From Aplysia californica (taxonomy: Eukaryota): a stretch of DNA of 64,000 nt. Of this stretch, positions 48,501-60,278 are shown piece by piece (within the stretch, counting starts at the first letter, position 1; each line of letters begins with the position of its first letter). The stretch lies in the NCBI RefSeq assembly GCF_000002075.1, contig NW_004797404.1, positions 3,356 through 67,355 of the forward strand, written 5' to 3'. The notes beneath the pieces were generated by a model, which was given only the letters and a program-made list of their open reading frames with translations, did no database searches and was not told where the DNA came from. Made by a program: the position numbers and the translations under genes.

Positions 48501-50593
48501 TTTAGACTTATTTATAATCATAATTCCCCTCCCCCAAGTGATTCAGGTCATATGGTGCAAAATCAATCAAGTAAAGAGTGGTTGCCACACAGAAAGACTG
48601 CCTGATTAGTCCACACTAACCAAACTGCTTTGATTTTCTTTTTTTTTTTTAAATTGGAATTAGGCTAAATTATTTCTTCTCTTTGGAAAATTAAGAAAAA
48701 AGATTTCACATAAAAATGTCACAGAAAAGGCTCTCCAGCAATTAATTTTTAGTTTATCAGTCTTTATTACTAATGCCAAGGATAGTGGAATTAATACTTA
48801 CTGAAAATGTGAAAAAAAAATTTATAAGAAGTTTGAGATTAGCAAAAGAAATCTGAACTGAACAAACTGAGATACTTACTTTGTGTGGCTACATCAGGCA
48901 AGTCTTTTAGTGTGACAGCAACGATGACAACCTCTGATGATCAGTCTAAACGCTCAAAAATCGGACTTGGAACTCGTTCAGTGACAGCTCATTTTTCTTT
49001 TTCTCAAAAACGCGCCGTAAACAGTTTCTCCAGTACGCAAAATTTGTGACAAAAAATAAAGATCATTGATATGAATTTCACAAAATCACCTTCTCAATCA
49101 ACCCTCCTAAAGGCAAATGAAAAGTGGGATTTTTGCAGCCCTCAGAAGTAGGTAAATTATTAACAAAGGTAATGACAGAATCAAACGTGCAACAGTTGCC
49201 CTCACCCTGCTTCTTTTCTTGAAATAAATCCCCAAACCAAATTGCATTTTTTACGACAAAGGAAAACGTTTTTGTTCAAATTGCTTATGTTTCATTAAGT
49301 ATGGGTATCAACTCCCTGACCCATATAAACAAATTCTAGTGAGAATTCTAGATTTAAAAAATGAGAGAAAAGCAGAATCAATGAGCCAGACAAAGCATGA
49401 AGTAGCAAACAAACTTGGCATCTCAGGGAAGTAAGTGATTTGCATCTGCATTGTAGATTGAACACACGTAAGCAAGTCCTTTCTCGTTTCTTTTTCAATA
49501 CTTCTATTTTTCTATGTATCTCGCTTCCAACAAAAAGACGATCGTACCAATAACAATTGACTATCAACCATCATATATCGTTCACAATTTGTTCTGTTGA
49601 ACATGAGCTGAAAAACATTTTCAGCCTGGAGGTGTGTAACATGATGCGGTGTCAGATAGCAACAGTCAACACTGCCATCGCTGAAGTAAGCCATAATGCA
49701 AGGCTGTTTCAGATCCTTGATGACCTTATAATGCAGATAGAATTTGCTGACAACTCCTTATCAATATTAGTGCAAACAGTCTTCTGAATCCAATTAAATT
49801 TAAAACAAGCCAAGGCACATTGACACCCAAGTATCTCTTGAAGAGAGAGCATAGCGAGAGCCAAGGAAAGAACAAACAGAATGCGCTTCACTTATCTCAG
49901 ACATTTTACTAAAGAGTATTCCCATGAAAGTGCATTGTATCTTCTGCTCATGCTATGAAATGCAGGAATGGGCAAAGAGAATAACTGTCAACCTATACAC
50001 TTTAGATCGAAGAGACAATTCAGATGATTTCACAACATACACTAGAACATTCAAGGCATCAGAACTGTCCAACACACTGAAAGAAACACGTCACCCAGAC
50101 AAAATACAAGACGAAATTATCACAATCCTTATCCTATCCAAGTATAAAATAAAGGCTCTTTTCCTTGAAAGTAAAGCAATTGTGAAGATACTACCTTGGT
50201 CAGAAGTTGATAATCATGAGTTTACCTTGGAATGTATCGAAAAAAAGCAGATTTAGCGACAAATCTACAAATAGCCAAAAAGCCTAAGAAAAACAATTTG
50301 AAAAAAAAACGAAGGGACTATTTCTCCGAACGCTCAGGAAAAAAAACTTGACTTGCCAAAGTCTCTTTGAGCGGTTTCCGTTCTCGAGATTTTTGTTTTC
50401 ATATGGGAGAGTTCAGACACATCTTTCATTCCGCCGTTCTGCGAGGACTGGAATGTAAAGCATTTTTTGCATCAAATCCAATTTCTAGAGCTAGAGATTT
50501 TTAGATGCCTGAATATTCAAATACTTCAATTGTGGTTGGGGCAACGTTCCTGGACTATACTTCATTTGAAAATGCCTTCAAAAGGGACTGCCA

Positions 50594-51010
50594 TGAAGTT
50601 ACAATGAGCACCTAGCACACTTTGTGATTGGCCCAAAAATAGATGACGTATTTCCGCCATTTATTTTTGTCATTGTCCGGGGTATCCCCCAAGACTCTCG
50701 GGTTTCCCTCACCAGTAACTTTCGACTAGATCTCGCCATGTTTGGGTTTTTTTGTACTAATTGGTGTTATCTTTTTTGTAAACAATCTCAGAAATTCTCG
50801 TACCATAAATTTACCTTCTCCTGAAAATCGTACAAACACACACACGCACACAAGCGCGTATCGCGCGTTGGGCAGCAAAGTGGGCTAACCAAGCTGAGAT
50901 CTGGTTAACTAGAGAGGGAAGCCCCAGAAGACGACAAAAATAAATGGCGGACATACATCATCTATATTGGGCCAATCACAAAAGTGTGCTAGGTGCTCGC
51001 TGTAGCTTCG
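50594..51010. repeat. Inverted repeat with ~80-bp arms (MITE-like)
   Basis: GAGCACCTAGCACACTTTGTGATTGGCCCAA..TCCGCCATTTATTTTTGTC (50606-50671) is reverse-complementary to 50933-50998. Confidence 0.8.
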
Positions 51011-52059
51011 TCAAATCAAACTCCCTCCACGCCTCCAACCCTAAACACACATGCACATACAGCCCAATGAGTCGACGATGAAACCTAGTGACGTAGCCCA
51101 TCGTGCGTTTACACATTACACCCTAAGGGCCTGAACCGTAACGGGACGTCCATTCCTAGATCCCAACAGACCTGCCACTCTATGAAATCGAAAAATCAGG
51201 ATTTTGGAGTAAAAAATCAGGATCTGGTGAAAAAAATCGGGATCAACGGCAAATCAGTAAATGGGGCACTGGGGGAGGAGGGGGTCCTGGTTCCCTTTTA
51301 TGAGGCAAGTATGCAAGACAAAACTTTTTAGGAATAAGTTCACATTATGATTTGGGCCTCTAAATAGTGGGAAAACTGAAAGACTGCATGTACTTGAGTC
51401 GGAGTCGGATAGACTGGGGGAGCGCAGGTTGCAATAAAGCTGGAACTCGTAGTTTTGAAAATAACCGACACATAGCTACAAAAAGCCCGTTGTCATACGT
51501 TTGACTTCCATCGCATATACACGCAAGGCAACCCCCCACCGAAAAAAAAGATCGCGCCAAGGTTGTTCAATTTTTTTTTTTTATTATTCCTTTCTCCTCA
51601 CACACACACACTACCGGGTCTGGGCGCTGAAACTTTCCGAAATCACAAAAGAGTTCCCCTACCAGGTCTGTATACTTCGCAACTTTGTTCCCGGTTACCG
51701 GGTCTGTATACGCTTCGATTTAAAAAAGAATAGAGGGCCTACATGACTTTGGACAAGTATCTCAATCTCTTGAATCTGTTTTTTTAGTTCGGGCCTTTTT
51801 AGTTGGGAAAAGGAGGAAGGGGGTGCCACACCTCTGCAGTTCCTGGTTCCCAGTCCCAATGCAAAACCCACTACTCAATGGCCACCTCTATTCTCACCCG
51901 GAGTGAGAATAGTGCAGGTGAGTCTTGTGGCTATTCTCACCCGGTGCGCGTTCACCATAAACCACAGAATTCTACACTGTATATAACAGAAAAATTGTAG
52001 AATTCTGTGCGGTGAACAAACGTTCCATTACAACTGTAGCCTACTAAAAGCGAACAATT

Positions 52060-52355
52060 TTGTCTGTGGGCAGTGGAGAGAGAGAGAAAGAGAGAGAGGA
52101 GTAGCGCGAGAATTTCCGGGCAAAACAAAATGGCGACCCGCGTAGTTCGGCTCGATTCGAAAAGTTAAATAGCCGTAGCATCTTTGTAGACAACCAAATT
52201 AATTTACTTTTGTGTTTTAACATCATTTTTTTAACTTTGTTTTGGTCAATTTGATCATCCACACCGATAGACAGTATTCAGAAAGAGACAGAGAGAGAGA
52301 GAAGAGGGGAGGAGTTGATCTTGCGAGAACTTCCGGGCGGGCGAGAATAGCCACT
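52060..52355. promoter_or_regulatory. Candidate housekeeping promoter region for the minus-strand locus
   Basis: CpG-retaining segment with ETS-like TTCCGG twice (GCGAGAATTTCCGGGC, GCGAGAACTTCCGGGC), YY1-like AAAATGGCG and GA tracts; lies upstream of both genes. No TSS data. Confidence 0.4.
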
Positions 52356-52532
52356 TTCCTACTCAATAGAATATAATAATTCAAACTAGATTCTAGAATC
52401 TAGATCTAGATTAGATTCTAGATTTACATTCTCATCATAAAATCATAATCATAGCCACCAGAGTAGAGAGCAAGGAGTGGCCACCACCAGCCACAATCAC
52501 AAGTTTCCCATTTCGAATCTCTTCCCATTTAA

Positions 52533-53237
52533 CCCTTAAACCCGTCATCCTTGCAAAAGACACAAAATCAATTGTTTACAGGGCTGACTATACAGTAATA
52601 ACACAGAGAAAGTCATGCATATTGATGAACAAAAGTGAAACACCATTCATGAGTGCCAGCGTTTCCTTGTCAAAATGCAATGCTGAGTTTGCACCGACTG
52701 AAGCCAATGCCAATGGCAATGGATGGCAATGATACCCAAACAAGATGATGGATTGCAATGTAATATAAGCGCTCAACAACACTTGTTATTCTATAACCAA
52801 AAGATATTTCATAAGAATGTTTCAAGTGCAACGACAAAGTAAATTGTAATCACACTTGTCTACGCATTCACCTTCAAATCACTTTAAGATGAACAAAATT
52901 GACACGCTTTTGTCAACCTTACGATTTCAGCCATTTTGGTTATATCCAGTACCCGGATGTACAGATAGTCTCGAGAGAGAAATTGCCAAGAGGGCCTTTG
53001 AGTGAAAAAAATACAAAAATTAGTTAGACCTATGAAACAGCGTGTCTTTCGAATTCCTTCTAGGGTCCTTTCATATCTCTCTTTCTATATTTGTTTATTA
53101 TACCCGTTAAGTTTACGGCAAAATAATTTGCTTTCTAACAGGGTGCAAACTTCAGGAGAAGTGTTACCTTTTGGCAAGTGCCTATGTATGATCAAAGAAA
53201 AACTGAGTGCCACAGACTCGTGGGACAGGTGAAAGGT
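52533..53237. mobile_element. Possible older piggyBac-type MITE
   Basis: TTAA|CCCTTAAACCCGTC .. GACAGGTGAAAGG|TTAA, degenerate TIRs. Confidence 0.4.
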
Positions 53238-55199
53238 TAAAGTTATCGCATGCGTAAAGTTATAGGTAGCCTTGGCTAAGCTTTCGGCTTGGGCATTGGA
53301 CAATAATTCTTTTTTTAAATTATTATTATTACTTTATTTTTTTATTTTTTTTTATAAGCTGTGCATCATGACATTACAATGTATTATAAAAACGGTAAAT
53401 TTACCCCAATAAGTTGGCTCAACTCCAATGCCCTAAAATTCGAACAAGTGTGCAATAACATTTTTGAATCACTATATTATGTTTTGCACTATGTTTTTAA
53501 AGGTGATCTTGTAGTTTTCCGTCCCTTAAAGTCCACGATCCATTTGTTTACTCCCAGAGAGGAAATCCAGAAGTCTTGATGACCAAATAGGCTACACAAA
53601 AAGCAGGGATGCAACCTAATTGCAAAACATCAAATTAGGATAAAATTCAGAGGTGCAAGCCCCCCCCCCCTCCATATTTTTATTAGGTCATAGGGGGGGG
53701 GGTGCACTGAAACCCCCCTACTCTTGACTTTAACGAACGAAACTACAAAATCGCCGTTTCACATAGCTTTGGTAATTTTTAACGTGCTTTTTTGGGGGGG
53801 GGCTTGGAGAGGTTAGTTTTGAGTGAATTAAAGATGGTGGCCTAAGTCAAGTGTGAACATCTCCGAGACGAGAAGTTTTCAAAGAAGCCGACTTTGGAAG
53901 ATACCGTGGTCAAGTTTGTCTAACAACAATAACAAGGTCACACGCAATTCTAGTCTGACCTCGAGACGACGATGCTAACTTGCAGGGGCGGTGCAACTGA
54001 TCGGCTGTTGTTCACGTTGCCCCCCCCCCCCCCCAAACATACACAGAGACACATATTTGTCATTGTCTACATCNNNNNNNNNNNNNNNNNNNNNNNNNNN
54101 NNNNNNNNNNNNNNNNNNNNNNNNNNNNNNNNNNNNNNNNNNNNNNNNNNNNNNNNNNNNNNNNNNNNNNNNNNNNNNNNNNNNNNNNNNNNNNNNNNNN
54201 NNNNNNNNNNNNNNNNNNNNNNNNNNNNNNNNNNNNNNNNNNNNNNNNNNNNNNGCACTTTTGGGATAGGCCCGCGGCCACCTTCCACCACATATTTATT
54301 AAAAAACCGTTTCCACGTAGCCTACATGATGTGAAAGAGCCAACATTTGACAGTCTCAAGAAACATCTAACAATTAAATATGCCTAGACGATAAAAAATG
54401 ACGTGGTACTTGATTTTCATTTGTACAAAAATTCCGCCCTTCTGCCTTTTGGAGCAAATTAAGATCTAAGTCGACAACTCTTTTAATGAATATTTCAATT
54501 TCACAATGTCTCATGGATAGACGGATTTGCTAACGCATTCATACGATCTTGCCCCTTAGATGGGCGTGTAAAGCCCATGACCCTCTTAAGGTGAGTATAC
54601 TGCTCTGCCTCGGTTACACACACATGTTCTAAATTTTAACGTCGGCCTAAGTCTGAGTTTCTAGACATTATGAATGAAGTTATTGAGATGGATAGAAAGT
54701 GAAATGATCGCCATGGAAAAAAGAAACACTACAACCATACTTGAAAGCAAACTAAAAGTGAGAAGTTTAATCAACTCTTAGTGATAGTTGTTCTGGTCCG
54801 CGTACTTAATCCAAAGATTAATATCTCGACGTAAGCCTACACTCGTCTTGTAAATACATGTAATAAGAATTATCCCATGCAGATCAAGCCAAGAATCAGA
54901 TACGATTTACTTAACACACACGCATTGAACAAAGCAAGCATACAATATTTTCCTCGTCTTATAATCAAATGTTCGTAATTCGTCGCACTTTTCAGACCAC
55001 TGTTTTAAGTGGGGGACTGTCAAATTGTAATGCTAATTATGGGTGTTTGGTTGTACAGCGTATGGCGGTTGGGGTGTGTTGTTTTCGGCCCAGACTCTGA
55101 CAGCCGAGTCCCTCTCTACTCGTAAAATTTCCATCTATATTATGACTTGTCGATCCTTGTCATAGACGATCAAGCAATTGGGCCAGGTGATGTTGAATA

Positions 55200-55380
55200 A
55201 CAACAGACAAGTTTGATTGAAAGAGAGGCAGAGGCAGACAGAGGGAAAAGCTACCGGACAAGATGACAACATGGCTAGGAGCAGCAAGAACAACAGACAC
55301 CATTGCTGCAACGCAAGACAGAGTGAAGTGGAGGTCCATGATCACCAACGCCAGTCGGCAAGGCACCGGATGATGATGAT
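55200..55380 (+). mobile_element. RTE-type LINE 3' fragment
   Basis: KRGRGRQR-like coding end, (GAT)n tail, TSD GATGTTGAATA at 55189-55199 and 55381-55391. Confidence 0.7.
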
Positions 55381-56384
55381 GATGTTGAATATGGGGGAGA
55401 AAGCGATGACTAGAACAACAAACGAAACCATACCTGGCTAAAAAAATTCAATTTTATTCAACAACGATTAGGGCCGCATAATATGGCTGACAATAATATG
55501 TTCTAACTGTAATAGAGACGATTGCTATTGAGTATTTTTCAAGATCGTTGTTCAACCTCATAACATTTAGGAGCAGGCGCGATTCGTCCATAGAGCACGG
55601 TCATGCAGTGCCGCCCAAAATGGTTTAATCTTCTATGACGTAAAGCACCCACAATAATAAAATAAAAGACACCAGAAACAAACACTAGCCAAATATTATA
55701 TCAAAACAAGGCCCTGGTTGGCGCCGTAACTGTCATTTCTATTCTATAGCACCGTAAAACATCTACTATGCCATGCCTAAGTTCATGCGCTGTATCTAAA
55801 CTTAACAGGATAGTCAACAGTGGAAACCTGACCTACAAATCGCTCTTTGGGATAACCAAAGCGATGACGACACTTGTAGAGAGTTTGGCGATACATTAAT
55901 ATTAATAAGACGGCACATCTCAAATGTGCTCCAGCCGAATAGCGCCGAAACATAGCCCACAGTAGGCAATCTAAAAATAAACGCCATAGACTGTGCACTA
56001 TTCAATGCCAAAATTCTGTGGGCCCCGGAGAAATCCAGCGGAGTGCTCAAGTGAATTGTGATTGGTTCATTTTCTTGTCGTTATTTTAAGTAGCTCTGTG
56101 ACCGTGAACCTGAGGGAGGTGAAAGTGACATACTTAAGTCACCGTCCTATGAGTTGTGCTTTTGAACGGTTTTGTAGAGGAGTGGTGAAAGGTACTACTT
56201 GAGTGTTCAGTTCTAATGCAGGATGAATGAAATTGATGTTTAGCTAACAAACAGATTTAGTTCTAGAAGTCAAAGCCACAAGTAAAACGAATGAAAATAA
56301 AAGCACAAGGTCTTCCTTCACCAACTCAAAGATCCTAAAATTATACATCATCTCATTTACTCTGTCCTTGGTTATCTTCAGCCT

Positions 56385-59300
56385 CTTCTTCTTCTTCTTC
56401 TTCTTCTATCCCGTGGTTGGAGCAACCGTTGTGGCACCACTGCATTGGAAAACCAGCTCTCACCATCTATTTTTGTCCTCTGCTCTCCTCAGATTGTCAC
56501 CCATCGTCTTTCCTGTCCACTCTGTAATGTTGTCCTCCCATCTCCTTCTCTGTCTTCCTCTCTTTCTCTTTCCTTGTACGGTTCCTTGCAGGATTGTTTT
56601 GGCAAGTCCTGTGGATCTTGTGACATGCCCATACCATTTTAGTTTTCGTCTCTTCACTGTGGTCAGTAGATCTTTATATTGCCCCACTGCGTTGGTGATT
56701 CTCTTTCGTACTTCAGCATTTGAAACGTGGTCTTTGTACGAGATGTCAAGGAGTCTGCGGTAACATCTCATCTCTGTGGTCTGAATCTTTTCCTCTAATT
56801 CTGCTGTTAGTGTCCATGATTCGCAGGCGTATAAAAATATTGAGATGACCAGTGAGCGCATTATTCTAATTTTTTAGCTGTGCGTGATGTTTCTGTCCCT
56901 CCAAATAGGCTTCAGTTTTGACAGCGCAGCTGTTGTTTGCGCGATTCTGTGGAGAATTTCTGGTCTTGAGCCTTCTTCTGAGACGATAGATCCGAGGTAT
57001 TTGAAGCTGTTGACGGGTCTCAAGTTTCTCGCCCCTGACTTTGATGTCCGCATTGATGCCATTGGTGTTATTGGTCATTAGCTTGGTTTTCTCGGCACTG
57101 ATCTCCATGCCGTAGGCTGCTGAGGTTGTGTCCAGCCGCTCCACTATTGTGGCGAGCTCCTGTTCTTCTCCTGCTAATCCATCGGTGTCATCGGCAAAAC
57201 GCAAGTTAGTGATTGTCTTGCCTCCAATACTGATTGTTCCATTGTGGTCTTCCAGAGTGTCAGTCATGATTCGTTCTAGGAAGATGTTGAAGAGAGTGGG
57301 AGAGAGCAAACAGCCTTTGCCTCACCCCGACCGTTGTCCTGAACCAATCCCCCATGCTGCCATTAAGGTAGACTGCGCTGGAGGCTTTGTCGTATAGTTG
57401 TTGTATGACGTTGATCAGGTTGGCGTTGATGTTGTATTTCCTCATGGTTGCCCATAAGGCTGCATGCCAGACCCTGTCGAAGGCCTTTTTAAAATCCACA
57501 AAGATACGGTATAGGTTTTGTTGGTGTTGGAGGTACCTCTCGCACAGTATTCTGAGCTTGAAGATCTGTTCTGTTGTGCTGTGCCCTGCTCTAAAGCCTG
57601 TCTGCTCTTCGGCAATGATCTCCTCTGCCTGTGGTTTCAATCTGTTCAGCATTATCTTCAACATAACCTCACTGGGGTGGCTTATTAGACTGATGGTGCG
57701 GTAATTCTGATATAGTTGCAGGTTACCTTTCTTGGGGAGTGTAATCACTAGTGATTGTGTCCATGGTGTTGGCCACTTTCCTGTCTGCCAGATTTTGTTG
57801 CAGATGACAGTCAGAGCGCTTATCATGTCCTTTCCCCCTGCCTGTATCAATTCTCCTGGGATGTTGTCCACTCCTGCTGATTTCCCCTTCTTCAGTGCTT
57901 TAACTGCTGCTTCAACTTCTTCTCGAAGGATTGGGTGGTTATCGATGTTGGTTGCTGGGGGAACGTTTAGAATCTCGGGGTTCACCGTGGCTTTGTAGTT
58001 GTACAATTCTGAGCAGTATTCTGTCCATCTTTTCAAAATGTCTTGTTCCTCTGTCAGGCATTTTCATTGTTTGTCTTGAATGGTGGTGGTGCGCCCTTCT
58101 TTAGTGCATGTCAGGTCTTTTACTAATTGATACGCTTTTTTGCTGTTGTTTGTCCTCAGGCTGCTTTCGATTATTTGGCATTGTTCCTCGATCCAATTTT
58201 CTTTTGCCCTTTTCATACTTGTTGTAGTTTTTTGGCTGACTGCTCTGTACTCCTTAGCACCATCTGCTTGCTTCTTTTTCTCCTTTAGTTTTCTCCTTTT
58301 GTCACACAGGTTAAGGATGTCAGTTGTGACCCAGGGCTTATTGACTCGTCGGTGTTTTCCGAGGATCTGACTGGCTGTTTCAGTCACTGCTGTATTGAAG
58401 GTGTTGATCCACGTGTCCATGTCTGTGTCATTATTGTTACCAGCATCGATGACAGTGAGTGGTGCACACTTTCCTCCTGTCATGGCTTGGAAGCTTCTGC
58501 TACTTCTGGGTTCTTTAGTTTTTCGAGATCAAACTTCACCCTTGTGTTTCCGTGCTTTTTAATCCTTTTCAGGTGGGGGTGAAAGTTCATCATCACAAGG
58601 TCGTGGTCGATTCCAACGTCTGCTCCTGGGAATGTTCGTGTTTTTCCAATTTTGACACTGGACTGGAAGCGCTTTTTCACCATGATGTAGTCAATCTGGT
58701 TGTGATGTTCTCCACTTGGACGGTGCCATGTCCATCTCCGTGATGCTTTGAGCTGGCCAAATGTGTTTGTCAGCACTAGGTTGTTATAGCTGGCAAATTC
58801 CAGGAGCCTTAGACCTCTTTCATTTGACTCTGAGTTGCAGTGTTGTCCGCATGTTTCTTTCCAGTTCTTGTATACATCCTTTTCTACTTTTGCATTCCAG
58901 TCCCCTTGTACAACGATGATGTATTTTTTAGGGGTCTGGTCTATCACTTCTTGTATCTGGTCGTAGAAGCCCTCCACAGCCTGTTCATCATAGTCTGACG
59001 TCGGAGCATATGCCTGAATGATAGTGATGTTGAATGGGACTGCCCTAAAGCGGATGGTAATAAGCCGGCTAGAAATAGGGCGGCAGCCCATGACCGTATT
59101 CACGATGTCTTTGTGAATAAAAACTCCAACGCCATTCATATGCGTGTCCTCTTCTCCATTGAAGTACAACTTGTGGCCTTCTTGTTTCGTGATCTCCCCG
59201 AATTTCTTCCACCATACTTCGCAAAGTCCAAGTACGGCCCATTGATATCTGTTCATCTCGTACGTAAGCTCTTCTAGTTTTCCGGCTGTTCTCAGTGTCC

Positions 59301-59876
59301 GTACGTTCCATGTGCCAATGGAGATGTTGTTTCTGGCACGGATCTTCTGTGCATCAGTAGTATACTTTTCACCTCCGTTCTGGTGCACAACAGCGGAAGG
59401 CGCGGTCCTTGGTGACCCGGGCGACAACCGATCCGGTATAGTGTCTGAGCTGTTTGTCATTTCATGTGGTGAGTCTTGGGCAGAGAAGCTTGGCGGTGCC
59501 CATTCCTCTCCAAGCTCTTAACCGTAGGCCGATGTCCACGAACATGATGTGGGTCGCCCCCGATCGCATACACTTGACCGTTGAGCTCAGCTTGGAGCCC
59601 TTCCGCTCTGACCGTTGGGTCCGTCATTGGACCCTTCCGCTCATGGCCGTTGGCTGTTTGATGCTACTCATCCGCCCAGTGGTGCAGTGTAAACACCACC
59701 CCCTCACATGGTTTAGTCCGCCAGCTGAAGCGATGTACCGGGGTATGGCGCTGTGGAGCCACATGTGAGAGATTTACAGGATGTTCAAGGACCAGTGATG
59801 CCCGTCCGCCCTACCAGGTAGGGTGCAGCACGCCAAACATCAAAGGTACTAGGTACCTCACACAGAGCCCCCTATA
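56385..59876 (-). mobile_element. Full-length RTE-clade non-LTR retrotransposon (APE endonuclease + reverse transcriptase), frameshifted
   Basis: Endonuclease (IGTWNVRTL, QAYAPT, GDWNAKV, NQIDYI, DHDLV) 59460-58480; RT pieces (FVDFKKAFDRV, GVRQ, LSPTLFN, LRFADD, FKYLGS) 58483-56460 in shifting frames; RTE C-terminus LKWYGHV..GKRKRGRQRRRW; (GAA)n tail at 56385-56406; 9-bp TSD CTTCAGCCT at 56376-56384 and 59877-59885. Confidence 0.93.
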
Positions 59877-60200
59877 CTTCAGCCTAAGATAGCATAATTG
59901 TGCACTCCCACTTTTTAGACCCACGAGCCGCCCCTGTTTAGGAGGGCCGAAAATAACAAAACAACAACGACAGCAACAATAGCGATGTTAAATTAATACT
60001 AAAACGATGTCCTTAGTATATTTTCGCTGTTGTTTGGATGTTAGTTTTACGCACTTAAGAACAAATGAATGCCAGTTTAGATATATGGGATCCAATTGTT
60101 CATTATGTCTGTCTCCCCAAGCACTGATTGGGAGAGGGCCATACAACAACTGTATAAACTCCTTGAGAGGGAGATGGAGAGAGAGGGGGGGGGGGAGAGC

Positions 60201-60276
<76 letters not shown>
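60201..60276 (+). repeat. (GACA)n microsatellite
   Basis: Read directly. Confidence 0.95.

Positions 60277-60278
<2 letters not shown>

Noticed and set aside
49295-49891. Minus-strand frame of 199 codons interrupted only by three TGA codons, with a signal-peptide-like start (selenoprotein or readthrough idea)
   Set aside because: Starts at GTG after a TAA, no recognisable homology or Sec-type motif, no SECIS seen; explicable by chance in leader/intron sequence.
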